NCBI RefSeq assembly: GCF_009914755.1
Contig: NC_060935.1
DNA: 64,000 nucleotides
Source of the DNA: the human T2T-CHM13v2.0 reference genome, Homo sapiens
Reading direction: 5' to 3' (one strand)
The translations under genes and the position numbers were made by a program. The notes beneath the pieces are model-generated. The model did not search any database. It saw nothing but the letters and a program-made list of their open reading frames with translations, and was not told where the DNA came from. Position 1 is the stretch's first letter, and each line of letters opens with the position of its first letter. This document shows, piece by piece, positions 29,801 through 43,259 of this stretch.

Positions 29801-30376
29801 GCCACCTCTGGAGTCTACACACCAGATTCATGCCCTCTTTCGAGTTCTGGCCAGGAGACCTCGTGTTTGGTTGGAATTGTTACAGAGTTCACCTGGAGGT
29901 TTCCTTCTGTCTGTGGTCTTTTCCCAGTTCCTCTGGCAGCCCTCCCTAAGGACCCCTGTGAGACAAGTCAGAAATGGCTTCCTTAGGGACCCAGAGAGCC
30001 CACAGGGCTTTTCCTGCTGCTTCCTCTACCCCTGTATTTCACTCAGCTCTCTCAATTAACTCAGCTCCAGGTAAGGTTCAGTCCTTCTCCTGTGATCTAG
30101 ACCTTCAGGTTCCCCAGTGAGGGTGTGTGTTTGGGGGCGGATGATTCCCCTTTCCCACTGTCACAGCTTGGGCACTCACAGTATTTGGGCTGCCTCCCAG
30201 GCCCTGCAGGAGCAATCCACTTCCTTCAGAGCGTCTATGGATTCGCTCAGCATTCCTGGTATATTCCTGCAGTAGTTCTGGAGCAAAAGTTAATGATGTG
30301 AGTCTCCACATGCTGCTCTATTTGTCGAAGCTGGAGCTGCAAGTTAGTCCTGCCTTCTATCTGCCATCTTCCTTCT
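23865..30376 (-). mobile_element. Near full-length decayed L1 (L1PB-like) with 5'UTR, ORF1, ORF2 and 3'UTR
   Basis: ORF2 EN/RT fragments ([49 protein letters not shown]); 5' end aagatggcag; TSD ggtttt(t)atcctgtt at 23851 and ~30389; many frameshifts and stops. Confidence 0.93.
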
Positions 30377-32449
30377 AAAAAAAAAGCTGGTTTTTATCCT
30401 GTTAATCATTAATCTTTCATTTAACTGGAAACTGGAACTATCTAGAAGCACTGATAGAACCTTCCCCATAGCCATCCCTTCAGTCCTTCATAGGTTGAGG
30501 AGATGTTTCCTGAGCACCTGCTGTGTTTCAGACACTGTGCCAGGAGACAGGGACTCAGTGAATGGGACACAGCTCCTGCCCCTCACAAAGCTCACAGTCA
30601 AGGAAGATTGATCCTTGAGACACAAAGCCCAACCTATTAAGGGCTCACCATTCATTCAGTGCCATTTCTTCCTCATAAAAGCCAAATGAAAACTGACATC
30701 TTCTTTCTGGAAGCGTTTAAGTCTAGAAAAGGACAGGCTCTACTGTTGCATCTTCCAATTATGTGACACAGCTTTCCTTCCCAATTATCTTTAACCAATT
30801 AGTAAGATGTCCACAGTATCCCCAGGGGGAAGAGAGAAAATTGCCAATGCGAAGAAGCAACAAGCGTTACAAACCCAAATTTCAGAGCTGTCACCACCAA
30901 ATGAAATCAGGAACCCAAGTGTAAAGAAGAAATAACCAATTTGCGAACTATACATGCAATCCAAATGAAAATTCAGGAACCATGTACTTTATGAATGAAG
31001 CCACAGTACACTGAACACTCTCATTTTGAATTGCTCATATCAATAAAATGCCATTCAGAATGTACCAGATTATTAATGTATGGGTTTTGGTTTTTATCCA
31101 TCCTCTCAAATATAGTGCTCTGTGGAGCAAATCTAAATAGGCGAACCAAGTAGCGCTTTGCAGTGATACCATTCTTTGCTGCCTTAGTCTGTGTAGCTTA
31201 GTTGGCATTGTGTTGGGTTTTTCTTGCCACATTTGCATATGAAATAAAGCACATTGTCTCACTGGTAATTCGCCTTCCAAGGTGTAAGCAGATATTTGTG
31301 TTCACAGTTTGTCTTTTCCCTTAATACTTCTTTCTCCATTCCTCATAAGGAAGAGATTTTAACAAGTGTTTACAATATTCTCAGAATATTAGACATTGCC
31401 ACATGATGAAGTGATATATCTTGCTGTTTTTGAAGTGATAGAATCCCAGACTCTGAGTTGAAAGGGAATCTAGTGAAGATTCTGTCCTTCACACTCCAGT
31501 CATCACAGGATAAACCTCATGACCTCTGTACACAATGTTACTCCCCTCGTCAGAGATTAAGCAGGACTAGAGCTTCGGAAAAGCAGACAGTCAAAATGAG
31601 AGGAAGTGGAGCAGAGAGAGGAGAAGATCAGGAAAAGAGAGCTTTTGAATGCAATTTAATAGAGAAAAAGAAAAAGGCACTATAGTTACCCTGGGATGGG
31701 GGCTGGGGGGTTACAAGTTTGTTGTGCTTTTTTAATACTTTATAGTTTAGGATTGTTTTCATTTTTAATTACATATAGGAAAAGAGGGCACTAAAATCTT
31801 TTCAGTTTGGGGCCTGATAAGGTTTTACTGTAGCTCCGAATCTATGTCATGACCACTGTTATTACACTTTAAAGGGATCCCAATCTTGGGATTTGACATC
31901 ATCCAGACCTAGGTTTAGAACCTTGCCTTTACTACATTCTAGCTGTGTTACTTTGGGCAATTCATGTCCCCTCTCTGAGCCTTATCTGTGAAATGTGCAG
32001 TCAATGAGGTGACTGTAGAAGGGGAAGGAGAGAGTGCACCATTCACAACTGCATGGCACTCAACAAGTATGATGAATTATTGTTATTTATGGAGCCTCTG
32101 TTTGAATACTTGTACACAATGTTGCTCCCCTCGTCAGAGATTAAGCAGGACTAGAACTCACTTTCTCACCACAGCCAATGCATCACCCATTGATCACCCA
32201 GAAGGAGTGACTCCTCTACTCAGCCTCATCCGACTCATCTGCTATGGACAACCTCCCTTTTCAACAGCCTCCAGCACAGTGGGCTCAGGACACCTAGGGA
32301 GAGATGAATGGTGCTGTGAAAGGAAGAGCCCTTCATCATCCGGCCATGATGAGACAAGCTGGAACCAGCTGGAGCTGTGCTGCAGATTCCACATGCTCTT
32401 TTGGTTACAGCCTCATCATGCCTAGGAATCATTCTGAGTAACCAGCTCA

Positions 32450-32853
<404 letters not shown>

Positions 32854-34020
32854 TGACATGGAACTCACTCCTAGAATCATATGGTAAGCTCATGGAAAAT
32901 AAGATTATATTTGGGGAAAATCCATAAGTCTCCTCCTGTACCAGCTCAAGGACAGTGTCGTTAAAGTGATGCATGTGCATGATTTGCATGTGATGAAATC
33001 AGGAGGGAACTTGCCCGTCCCCACTCTGGAGTCCATACCCTTGGCAATTAAGACGTTTGCCCACACAAACATTCTCCATATCAGCTGGCTGCTGTGGGCT
33101 AAAGGACAACAGGGAAAATATAATAGTTTGAAGCCAGTCACTGAAGAAAAGAGCTAAGAGTTTAAGACTTCAGGCTTTGGAGTGGCTCAGCCACATCCTA
33201 GCTAGATGCCTCTCGATGCCTCTATAAAATGGGGGCTGGGGCCATTTTCCTCATGTGTTGGGATGTAAATATTGATGAGATGCTGTATGTAGGGTGCTGA
33301 GCCCAGGGCCTGGCACTTGGCAATTCCTCAGTAGCTGGCAATTGCTAGCTGGCAGGGCTTGGGAGAAGCTCCAAGGGTGTCTCTAACCCCCTGACTGGAC
33401 TCTCCTGTGCTCAGACACCACCACATCTTTTCCAGTGCTCTAACGGGCCCGTTAGAATGGTTGCATTAAACAGACTATAAAATGACATCAGTCCCTGAAA
33501 TGCACCTAAAATAAACAGTTATTATGGACTGGATTGGGGAGGGCGCAGTGGACAATTCATATTTGCACATCATCCTTGTTTCTGTGTAGCAGGTTACACA
33601 ATCTCTGCCAAGAGCCTGCTCATATACACGCATGCATACACCCAAACACGCATACTCACATGCCACACACTGGACAAGTGGGCCTATTCTGATTGTCCAG
33701 TGACTCTTCCTAAGTCACCTCCAAGAGAGAGAAGAAGGGACCTGGATTCCTGGAGGACTGCACAGAAGAAGAAGCTGCCAGCTGGAGCCTTGCAGGGAGG
33801 GAATAGGCTCAGCCATTGACCCCCTGTGTCAGCTTCAGCAGTGACTTCATTTCCCTGAGCCTATTTCTTCATTTATAAAGATGTGCCATTTTGCCTGCCC
33901 CCACAACAGTTAACTCTGGAAATCAAGCCTGCATGAAATCCCAAATATTACCTCTTCCCAGACTCAACACAATCTAATCAATTAAGAGGGGAAACTGCAG
34001 ATATATTCTTCTATTCAGAT

Positions 34021-34234
34021 CTGAGCTGTCCACTATGGTAGTTACCAATAGCCACGTGCCTATTTCAAGTTAAATTTAAATAACTAAAGTGAAATAAAGT
34101 TTAAAATTCACTTTCCCAGTTGCACTAGCCACATGTTAAAAACTCAATAGCTACATGTGTCTGATGGTCACCATAGTAAATGGCACTGATATAGAACATT
34201 TCTGCCATTTCAGAAAGTTCTATTGGACAGTGCT
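34021..34234. mobile_element. MER3 (hAT-Charlie MITE)
   Basis: gctgtcca...agaaagttctattggacagtgct termini. Confidence 0.75.
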
Positions 34235-34381
34235 AAGATCATCCCAACATTAATGGCTAGTAATAACGACAGACAATAAAAAGATAAACAATAGTCTATA
34301 TAAATAGATATATGTCTGAATAATAGGAACTAGGTAGACAAACAGAAGAGTACACAAAAACTAGAAATACATTGTAGATAA

Positions 34382-34752
34382 TGCTATGAACTGAATTGTG
34401 TCCCCCGCTAAATTCATATATTGAAGCCCTAACCCCCAAAGTGATGGGATTTGGAGACAGAAACCTTAGACAGAGAATTATGTTTAAATGAGGTCATGAG
34501 GGTGGGGCCTTCATCATGGGATTAGTGCCCTTATAAGAAGAGAAAGAGACACCAGAGCTCTCTCTTTGCCATATGAGGACTCATGAAGAAGGTAGCCATC
34601 TCCAAGCCAGAAAGAGTCCTCAAGAGGAACCAAATCAGCCAGCAGGTTAATCTTGGACTTCCCGGCTTCCAGAACAGTGAGAAATGAATGTCTGTTTTTT
34701 AAGCCACCCAGTCTGTGGCATTTGGTTACAGCAGCCCGAGCAGACCAATACA
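34382..34752 (+). mobile_element. MLT1A-type MaLR LTR
   Basis: tgctatgaactgaattgtgtccc...cagcagcccgagcagaccaataca. Confidence 0.8.
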
Positions 34753-35083
34753 CATAGTAAGAGTCAATGAGTTCAGCCCAGCTTCTCTTGTTCATGTGAA
34801 CTGAACTTTTCATCTTGAAACCAGTTCTACAAAGAGCAGATTTTCCCTGGGTGAGTAAGATGTGGCTCTCAGCAGACAGCCACCTGCAGGCCTCTGGGAA
34901 AGGCCAGGTGCTGTGCCTGTTTATTTTTGCAATGAAAGCCTTCAATGGCTGTAGTGTCTCCTCCTCCCAAAAGGTTTCTAAATTGGATTTTTCCCTAGGT
35001 TATAATGAACAGGCTAATAAATGTCAGCCCTGGATGTGAGAGGACTAGAAAGGGGAGACCGTTTCATCCCATGTCTAAATCCA

Positions 35084-35100
35084 TGCTGCCACCTGGTGGA
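35084..35100 (-). promoter_or_regulatory. CTCF motif candidate (TCCACCAGGTGGCAGCA)
   Basis: Close match to the CTCF core CCASYAGRKGGCRS. Confidence 0.55.
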
Positions 35101-36398
35101 TCCCACTATAAGAGAAATGTGGGGATTTTGTGTTAATGACCAGAAACCTTGTTGCAAATTGCCCAGTGAACCCAAAGAGGCAAAGATGATGGTGAGCATT
35201 AGCTGTTTGTCACATCATGAGCTGAGCAGTTTACATACATATCTCAGGTAACTGGCAACAACCCCAGGCTGGGGGAATTATTGTGCGCCTTTTCCAGATG
35301 AGAAAAAGGGCCTAGAGAGTTAAGAATCTATTTTTTTTTTGAAAGAACAATTGGATGAATAAATGAGTAAACAAAGGAGTAAATGAATGCAGGCTTAGTT
35401 TATATGCATTGTTTTCAGAGTTACAGAATGTTTGTACTGGATTCAGGTAAACTCTGAAATGACAGTGATAATCCTGGCTGACTCTGTGAATGAGTAGATG
35501 GAATAATTAACATCTATTGAGTACTGGCTTTGGACTATGCATTGTTCTGAGTACTTCATACATATTAACTTACTTCAACCTTATAGCAACCTATGAAGTG
35601 GGGGTACTATATAATCTCCTCATTTTATAAATGACGAAACAAAGACACAAAGGTTAAGCAGTTTGTCCAAAGTCACACAGCTGGTGTGTGCTGGGATTTC
35701 AACCCAGGCAGTATGACCCCAGATCCAGCAATTATATACCACTTCTCAGATAAAAAGAGCTGTCTTAGGCCTGTCTCTGAATCTTGGTAAAGAACTCAAG
35801 GTACATCTTGACCCCATCCCCAAGCCTGTCATAAAGGCACTTGGCCCAGATGAGTCCCAGGATATTGCATCTAGATCATCCTTTCTTATCATTTTATGCA
35901 ATTGACGTTTCCACCATAAGTCAAACCACAAGGCTGAGACTGCATTTTCCCCTCTATCCGCAGCCAGCAACGTGCTCCTTAAGCACATGGAGTGTCCACT
36001 TTGTGCAAAACCGTGTGCTCAGGATGACGATGATGACAACACAGGCCCTACCCTTAAGAAGATCGCAGTCGAGCTAGGGAGACATACTGATGGGCTATTA
36101 TAATCCAGGTAGTAAGTCCCAGGAAAGGGGATGCCCAGAGTACAAAGGGAGCTCAGAGAAGGGACACATAGCCCAGACTGGGGACTGGAATCAGGGAAGG
36201 CTTCCTGGAGGAAGTGACATCCATGCTGTTGGGAGAGGAGCACTTCCCTTCAGCTTCCTTCCAAGAGCAGTACGGGAGTCCTGGCCTCTTCCTGCCTCTT
36301 TACCCGCCCAATGCCCAGTGATGGATGGGGACTTGTGATTCATAATTTGGGGAAGAATAAACTGGGCATACTTAGCCACACCCTGCCATTCCTCCTGG

Positions 36399-37072
36399 CT
36401 TAAGTAAAGAGAGTGACTGGCAATGGGTGTCTTTGATAATGAGCAACAGAAACTAAACTAAGGGAAACTAAGAAAGGTGTCGTCCGAACATTTAGAAGGA
36501 AAGGAATGAGGTGTTGCCACTGGACAACTCAGCTCCAACTACCATTTCTTGGGGAGAAAATATGAGAGACGGAGAGCAGCCTGCTCGCGATCATGTGTAC
36601 TTGGAGCCTGATGCCACTCTTGTGAGTTCCCTGGGAGCCAAGTTGGAAGGAAGCTGACTGCAAAAGGCAGGAGGATGCAGTGAAAAAGAGATGGGAGGGG
36701 AGCTGCCTGGGCTCCTGGTGGCTTCCAGGCCCTGGTGCCAATTGCGCGAGGCCCATGAGGGAGCCATGTATCTTTGGCAGCCAGGGTCCTTCTTTTGGGA
36801 AGCAGCTGCTCCACAGTTCCAAGTGGTTCTGGTGGGGATGCAACCACAGGACCCTGGCCACCTCCTCCGCAACATGGACAGAGATGGAAACGTAGCCCGA
36901 GCTGGGCCAATCACATTTTCTAAGAACTGGTAGTTGGAGCTGAGTTGTCCAGTGGCAGCACCTCATTCCTTTGCTTTCCTTGTTCAGATGATGCCTTTTT
37001 AAATTTCCCTTAGTTTAGTTTCTATTGCTTGTGATCCAAGAAGCCCATTGCCAGTCACTCTCTTTACTCAAG
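36399..37072. repeat. Inverted repeat with ~150 bp arms (36399-36550 / 36922-37072) and a 371 bp spacer
   Basis: Manual alignment gives ~85% identity with long perfect blocks. Confidence 0.9.
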
Positions 37073-37187
37073 TAAGTCAGTTTGAGTGGCCTGTTTCCCC
37101 CCAAAACCAAAGAGCACCTGGAATAGGTGATACTTCAGCTTTGCATCATAGATTTTCTGGATTCCTATTGTCGATTGAAATTACAGC

Positions 37188-37650
37188 TGTTTCACCAGAA
37201 ATAACTTGATAAATGTTTATTGGAAGCCAAATGTGAGGATCGACCCAGGAAGACACACCAACAAAGCTGGGAGTGTCCTAGAGTCTGTTACAAGTTAGAA
37301 AGCTTTTATGGGAAGGTTTAGAAGAGGGGAGGAGGACTCTTCATACAAAGAGTTGTCTTTTTGTTATTGGAAGGTATAATAGAGAGATTAGTCACTGGCT
37401 ACAGATGACAACCTACAGGCTAAAATGTCTACGGGCAAGACAGCAAAGTTTCATGATTCAGAAACAAATCAGCAAAACTTCATGATTCAGAAGCAAATCA
37501 GCATCCTTTTCCATGTCAGGCATGCATTAACCACTATGTCAACAGTTTAAGGAAATCACGATAAGATTCCTTACTCAGAAACAGGATGTCCTCATGAATC
37601 ACAAAACTTCTGCTAGGTGGGAAGTCTGACAAATGCAAGTTATTACTATT
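37188..37650 (-). mobile_element. Probable ERV1-class LTR remnant containing a 2 x 29 bp tandem (37441-37503)
   Basis: gtttattggaagccaaatgtgaggat LTR-like end; family uncertain. Confidence 0.45.
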
Positions 37651-38727
37651 TAGTCACTTTCATGGCAGCTCGGCACAGATATGTTCTCGGATATGCTCAT
37701 GCGCTGGTGTGGACAGAATGACAGGATTGGGTGGTGACCATCCACCCTTCCTTTTGGGGACTGCCTACAGAGAGGCCATGCCCTTGGCCTTGTCTGTTGG
37801 GTGTGGGCCATGTGATACTGCCTGGGAGGAATGTGGTTGGCTCCCTCTAGAAAACAAACCCCTCTTCCCCAAACTGCTTCCCAGCCATATTCACCCCCTT
37901 TGTCGCTGCTTATGGGGCTGAGCTCCAGGGCCTGCGCATTGAATGCTTCTCCCTCCCTGTGGACTGGGCCTCCCTCCAGCTCACATCTCGTGGCCACCAC
38001 CACTTCCAGCACCAGTGACTCAACAATGAGGGCTGTGTACTACACAAACAGGAAAATAATATTAAAATGATTCCCAGTTTGGGGCAGTTTCACATCTGTC
38101 ATTTTTTGTTGTTGTCCCCACTCCCAGCCCCCATCCTGTGAAAGCAGCGTCTCCATTTGCCTGATGTGGAAAGAGGCTGTGAGAGGCTGGGTAACTTTCC
38201 CAAGGTCGCAGATCTGGTTAATGTCAGAATCAGGACAGAGTTCAAAGGAAAAGGCCAATATTCCCTGAGGCACCAACAAGGTATTTACCTCCAGTGAGAA
38301 CAAAAGCCGTAAAGCAGTAATTAAATGTCTCTTCCTTCTGTTCCCAGCTGACTTCCACTGAACCCTGCCTGACCGCTTTGGCACAGAGGGTGGGCACAGG
38401 TGACTTGGATAAGGTAGCAGGAGGTCTTCCCATCACACTTGAAGTCTATATTTCTCTCAGGAGTAATAAGCTTATGATGAAAGGATCATGATATAAAGAG
38501 CTGGTTATCTGTTCTATCAGGTTTCATGCTTCATCTTGCCCAAACAGTCAGCACTGCAGAAGGCCTTCAGCCTCCATCTACAGGCCTCTACCTCAGCTTT
38601 CCCTCTACCCTAGTTTCTTGAAAGTAAAGATCGCTAATTGATCTGACTGGCCAGAGTCCAGGACAATTCCTTTGACCCCACTTTCCCAGTGGATAGGTTT
38701 ACTACATCTTAAAGGTCAGGACATGGG

Positions 38728-39012
<285 letters not shown>

Positions 39013-39259
39013 AAGTCAGCACGTTGGGCTTTCCTTCTTCCCTGAGTTCATGCAATAGTCAGACCCAGGACAAGCCTGCCTCCACGGACGGGTGAATCAG
39101 GCTCTTGTCTGCCTCTTTCCTGTCTGGCACTGAGTGGGCAAATCAAGCCAGAGGAAGCAGCGAGCTTCATTTATACCATCATCCCAGCTTTGAATGCTCC
39201 AAAACAGCTTTCCTTCTAGCTCAGCCACAAATAAAGCGGGGCTTTTGTTTTTCATGTCG

Positions 39260-39688
39260 CTGGTGGCGTGCTGGTAAACTCTTTTCAACCAGCTCTTCTC
39301 AGTGGAGGTCCGAGGGAGCCAACCCTGATTTGTACATTTGCCAATTTCCTTGTTGTAAATACACTCCCCGTGGCCAGTTTAAAAAAACCCCACATGACAT
39401 CATTCAGAAGATATGCACATTAGCACACCATTATGTAGTATTTCGACCACACAGACACAACAGGCATAAATGAGCTCAGGAGTACAGATGATAGAGAACT
39501 GTAGCAAAATAATTAGGAAGTGATGAATTGTGAATATTTGTTACCTTCGTCTTAAATATGATTTAATTAAAAGTTGATATGGTTAAATTTTTAATAATGG
39601 TTGTATTTAATAACCAGCTCATAACATTCCTGAAAATTTGGCAATTAGTTCTCGTGAGCCCATAGAAACTGGCTCCGGCACACCACTG
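39260..39688. mobile_element. MER63-like hAT DNA transposon
   Basis: Imperfect TIRs ctggtggcgtgctgg / ccggcacaccactg. Confidence 0.6.
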
Positions 39689-40293
39689 CATTTATCTATT
39701 ATTCCTTGCATGTGGTGTTCTCTCAATCAAGCTCTCTATTGCTTTCCTCTGCCAAGCGCCCTTTTCTTTGAGGAACAGCCTCTTTTGTTTCATTTTGTTC
39801 TGAGGGGCTGTCAATTACATGACAATTACATCCCACCAACCGACGGTAACAGGACCTGTGCCCAAAGTTAGTCCAAGCCATGGGGTGACTGGGGAGGTGG
39901 CAGGCCTGAGTGTGGGCATTTCTGGGACCTTGGCTGTAATACTACCAAACTATCAACCCCATTCTCTCTTGCCAAGTTGTGGGAAGCAACCTAGCCAACA
40001 CCAAAACCACCCCCTACCAGTATTTACATGTATTGGAAGACCTGACCTCACTGTGCTCCCCATCTGTCTCTTGCAGGGGCTCCCTCCCTGCAGGGGCTCC
40101 CCCTCGGCAGGGTCACTGTGGGCTACCTGTGGCCCTAGACAAGGGTCACACTTATGAAGGACCCTTTCCACACAGCCCTGTCTGTTCTCAGGTTCTGGCA
40201 ACCACTCCCTCCTCTCACACCTACCCGCCTAGGGTTAGCAACAGCTCGGTGGGTGATAATCCGCATTCCCTGCCTGCACCTTTGTAAACACTC

Positions 40294-40625
40294 TGTCTTA
40301 GTCCATTCAGACTGATATAACAAAATACCATAGACGGGGTGGTGTCTAAACAATAGAAATTTCTCATAGTTCTGGATGCTGGGAAGTCCGAGATCAATAT
40401 GCCAGCAGATTCGGTGGCTGGTAAGAGCCAGCTTCCTAGTTCATAGAAGGTAGGAGTGGTGAATAAGCTTGCTGGGCCTCTTTTATAAAGGCACTAATCT
40501 CATTCCACCCTCCACCCTCATAACCTAATCACCTCTCAAACATCCCACCTCCTAATACTATTGCACAGGGGATTAGGTTTCAACATATGAATTTTGGAAG
40601 GACACAAACATTCAGTTTATAGCAT
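40294..40625 (-). mobile_element. MaLR LTR (MLT1A/MST)
   Basis: tgtcttagtccattcag...aacattcagtttatagca. Confidence 0.75.
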
Positions 40626-42757
40626 AATCCCTTTATTAAACGCTCTTCAAATTAGCCAATTTGGGTGTTCCACGCATTTCCTGCAGGAACCTGGTGGACC
40701 TCCCTCTGTACTCCCCACACTGCTCTGTTCATTATGCTCACAGGAGGCTTTGTGGGCCCAGCGGACCAGAACACAAGCTCTGGAGTCAGCCCTGAGTTTG
40801 AATTCTACCTCTCCTATTTACTAGCTGCAATACCAGACTCACATTACTTTACCTCTTTGTGCCTCCATGTTAGTCACCTGTAAAATGAGGACAGCAGTCC
40901 CCACCTCGAAAGGTCATTATAAGGATGGAGTGAGATGGTCCATGTAAAAAACCTAATATAATATGTGATACCTACAAACTGCCAGTAAGTGTTGATGACT
41001 TTTATTACATTGCTTTTTAAAAGTATGCAACAATTATTAACTATATTCATCATGCTGCAGGTAGAGCTCCAGAACTTATTCATCGTAAGTGAAACTATTT
41101 TGATTATATTTCCCTTAGTGTATTGTGAACTCTTCTTTGTTCTTTTCCAGATTTTTCTCTCTATAACTGGAGACCCAGAAGCTAAACCTGGATTAAAAGG
41201 ACTTGTACCACAGGAATGGCACATGGGCCCCCATACCCCCATGATGGTACTGGTTTCCATTGAGCTCAGTTAAGGTCTCCAGTTCTCCACAAGAGCTCCC
41301 AAGTGCAGATGGGAGTTAGTACTTGCGATATGAACCTATGTATCTTCTCTGGCTTGGGTCTGCAGGAAATGAGAAAGTTGTCGGTTGATGTGAATAGTGT
41401 CTAGTGGTGGCAGCCTGGTGCAGCCATCTCCAGAAGACTTGGTCTCAGCTGCCACAGGGGATTCAGGACAGGAGACTGTACCTACTGCAGGTGTTCCCCG
41501 CCCCCTCCACCCACAGGTGTGTGTGTGAGCACTGAGGGGTCAGGGGCAAGCAAGTGTTGCGTCATCATCCCCAATGGTCCTGCCCTGCCACCCACCATTT
41601 TAAGGGCATCAAGAGGACACCTGATAGCTCCAAGGGGATGAGAGTTCCTGGAAGAAATGCTGGATGCTTCTTTTTTATGGCTCACCTCAAGCTTCTCCTG
41701 TATTGGCACCTCACTGTGGAAGGAGAGGTTGGGGTAGCCTTGATAGACCTGAGTTCTAAACCCAACCCTGCAACATCCTAGCCATGTGCCTGTGGGTAAG
41801 CCACTTTCCCTCTCTGAGCCTCTGCTTCCTCATTTGTAAAACATGCCAAGAACAGTATCTGTTTCACCAGCTGGCAGTGAGAATTAAATTATTCAACTCC
41901 ACCGACTCCCTTAGTGCCCAGCACATGGCTTGCACTTAGCAGTTGGGCACTTTTAAGGAATATGGCCTAGGGAGGGCTGTTGGGACTCTGGGGAAAGAAA
42001 CAAGGCCATGCCAGACATCTCTGTCTCCATCTGAGCTCTGCACTTGGTTTTCCTGATGCCTGGTTTGTTCCCATTTATTCTTATTAAGATTCTCCACCCC
42101 CACCCTGCGCCCTTCACTGCCCTCTGGCCTGGCCAGCCTGAAGTTTTCTGGGAGAACAAAGGAGCTTCTCTGGTAGCAACCAGCCTAGGGCTCAAATCTG
42201 GCTTCTTCCTGGGGAGATATTGATTCCTGGAATCAATATCTGGATTCCAGAAGGGCCTGGAATCTCTGCCTGGAGTAGGAGGGTTTCTGTGTGTAAAGCA
42301 GAGGTTAACATGTCTGGGGACTTTCCACCTTTATTTTACTTGGCCTGCCTAGTGTTTTGGAAACATTTGAATTCATTGTTAAGATTTAGAAACCAGCAGC
42401 TTTCACCTGGCCCTGTGCTCACACTGCTGCCCTGGCAACAACAAGCTGGAGCTGGGTGTCCGCTGCCCCTGTAGTGGGGGCACGAGCTCTGTGACTTGCC
42501 AGTTTCCACCTGGCTTCCTGGCCGCTGTTCCAGGTTTCCAGCCTGACCTTGTAGGCATGTGCCTCTGTGTCCTCAAGATAGAGGTAGCTAGACAAACTTT
42601 TGTGTATGTGTACGCAACTTCTAGGGTTCCCACCTCCCCGTTTACCCATCTACCGGCATCTGCACCCCCATGCCACAGATGTAACTCCTGTTACTACAAA
42701 TGAGCCATCTCGGCTCCCCTCAAAAGCCAATCTCTTTACTGTAAACTAGATACCCCC

Positions 42758-43239
42758 TGCTGTGGTTTGAATGTTTTTGTCCCTTCCAAAATGCATGTGT
42801 TGGGAACTTAATCCTCAGTGTAACACTACTGGGAGGAGAGACCTAAGAAGAGGTGTTTAGAATCTAGGCAGAGCCCTCATGAATAAATTCATGTCGCTAT
42901 TAAAAGCGTGAGCTTGCAGTGAGCCGAGATTGCGCCACTGCACTCCAGCCTGGGCGACAGACCGAGACTCCATCTCAAAAAAAAAAAAAAAAAATTGCTT
43001 GCTGGAGTGGGTTCCCTCTTCTCTCCTGCTCTTCTGCCATGAGAAGACAGAGCTAACTGTTCCTCCCCTCTGGAAGACATAGCATTCAAGGCGTCATCTT
43101 GGAAGCAGAGACATCACGATCCAAACTGTTGGTGCTTTAATCTCCACCTTACTTGCCTCCAGAACTGTGAGAATAAATTTCTGTTCTTTATAGATACTCC
43201 AGTCTGTGGAGTTATAGCAGCACAAAACAGACTAAGACA
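42758..43239 (+). mobile_element. MST-type MaLR LTR interrupted by a 5'-truncated AluY-like tail (~42910-42994)
   Basis: tgctgtggtttgaatg...atagcagcacaaaacagactaagaca; inserted gagcttgcagtgagccgagat...poly(A). Confidence 0.8.
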
Positions 43240-43259
43240 CCACCTCTCTTGACCACTCA

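Noticed and set aside
42461-42482. Second CTCF-like motif
   Set aside because: Spacing is off by one base relative to the consensus
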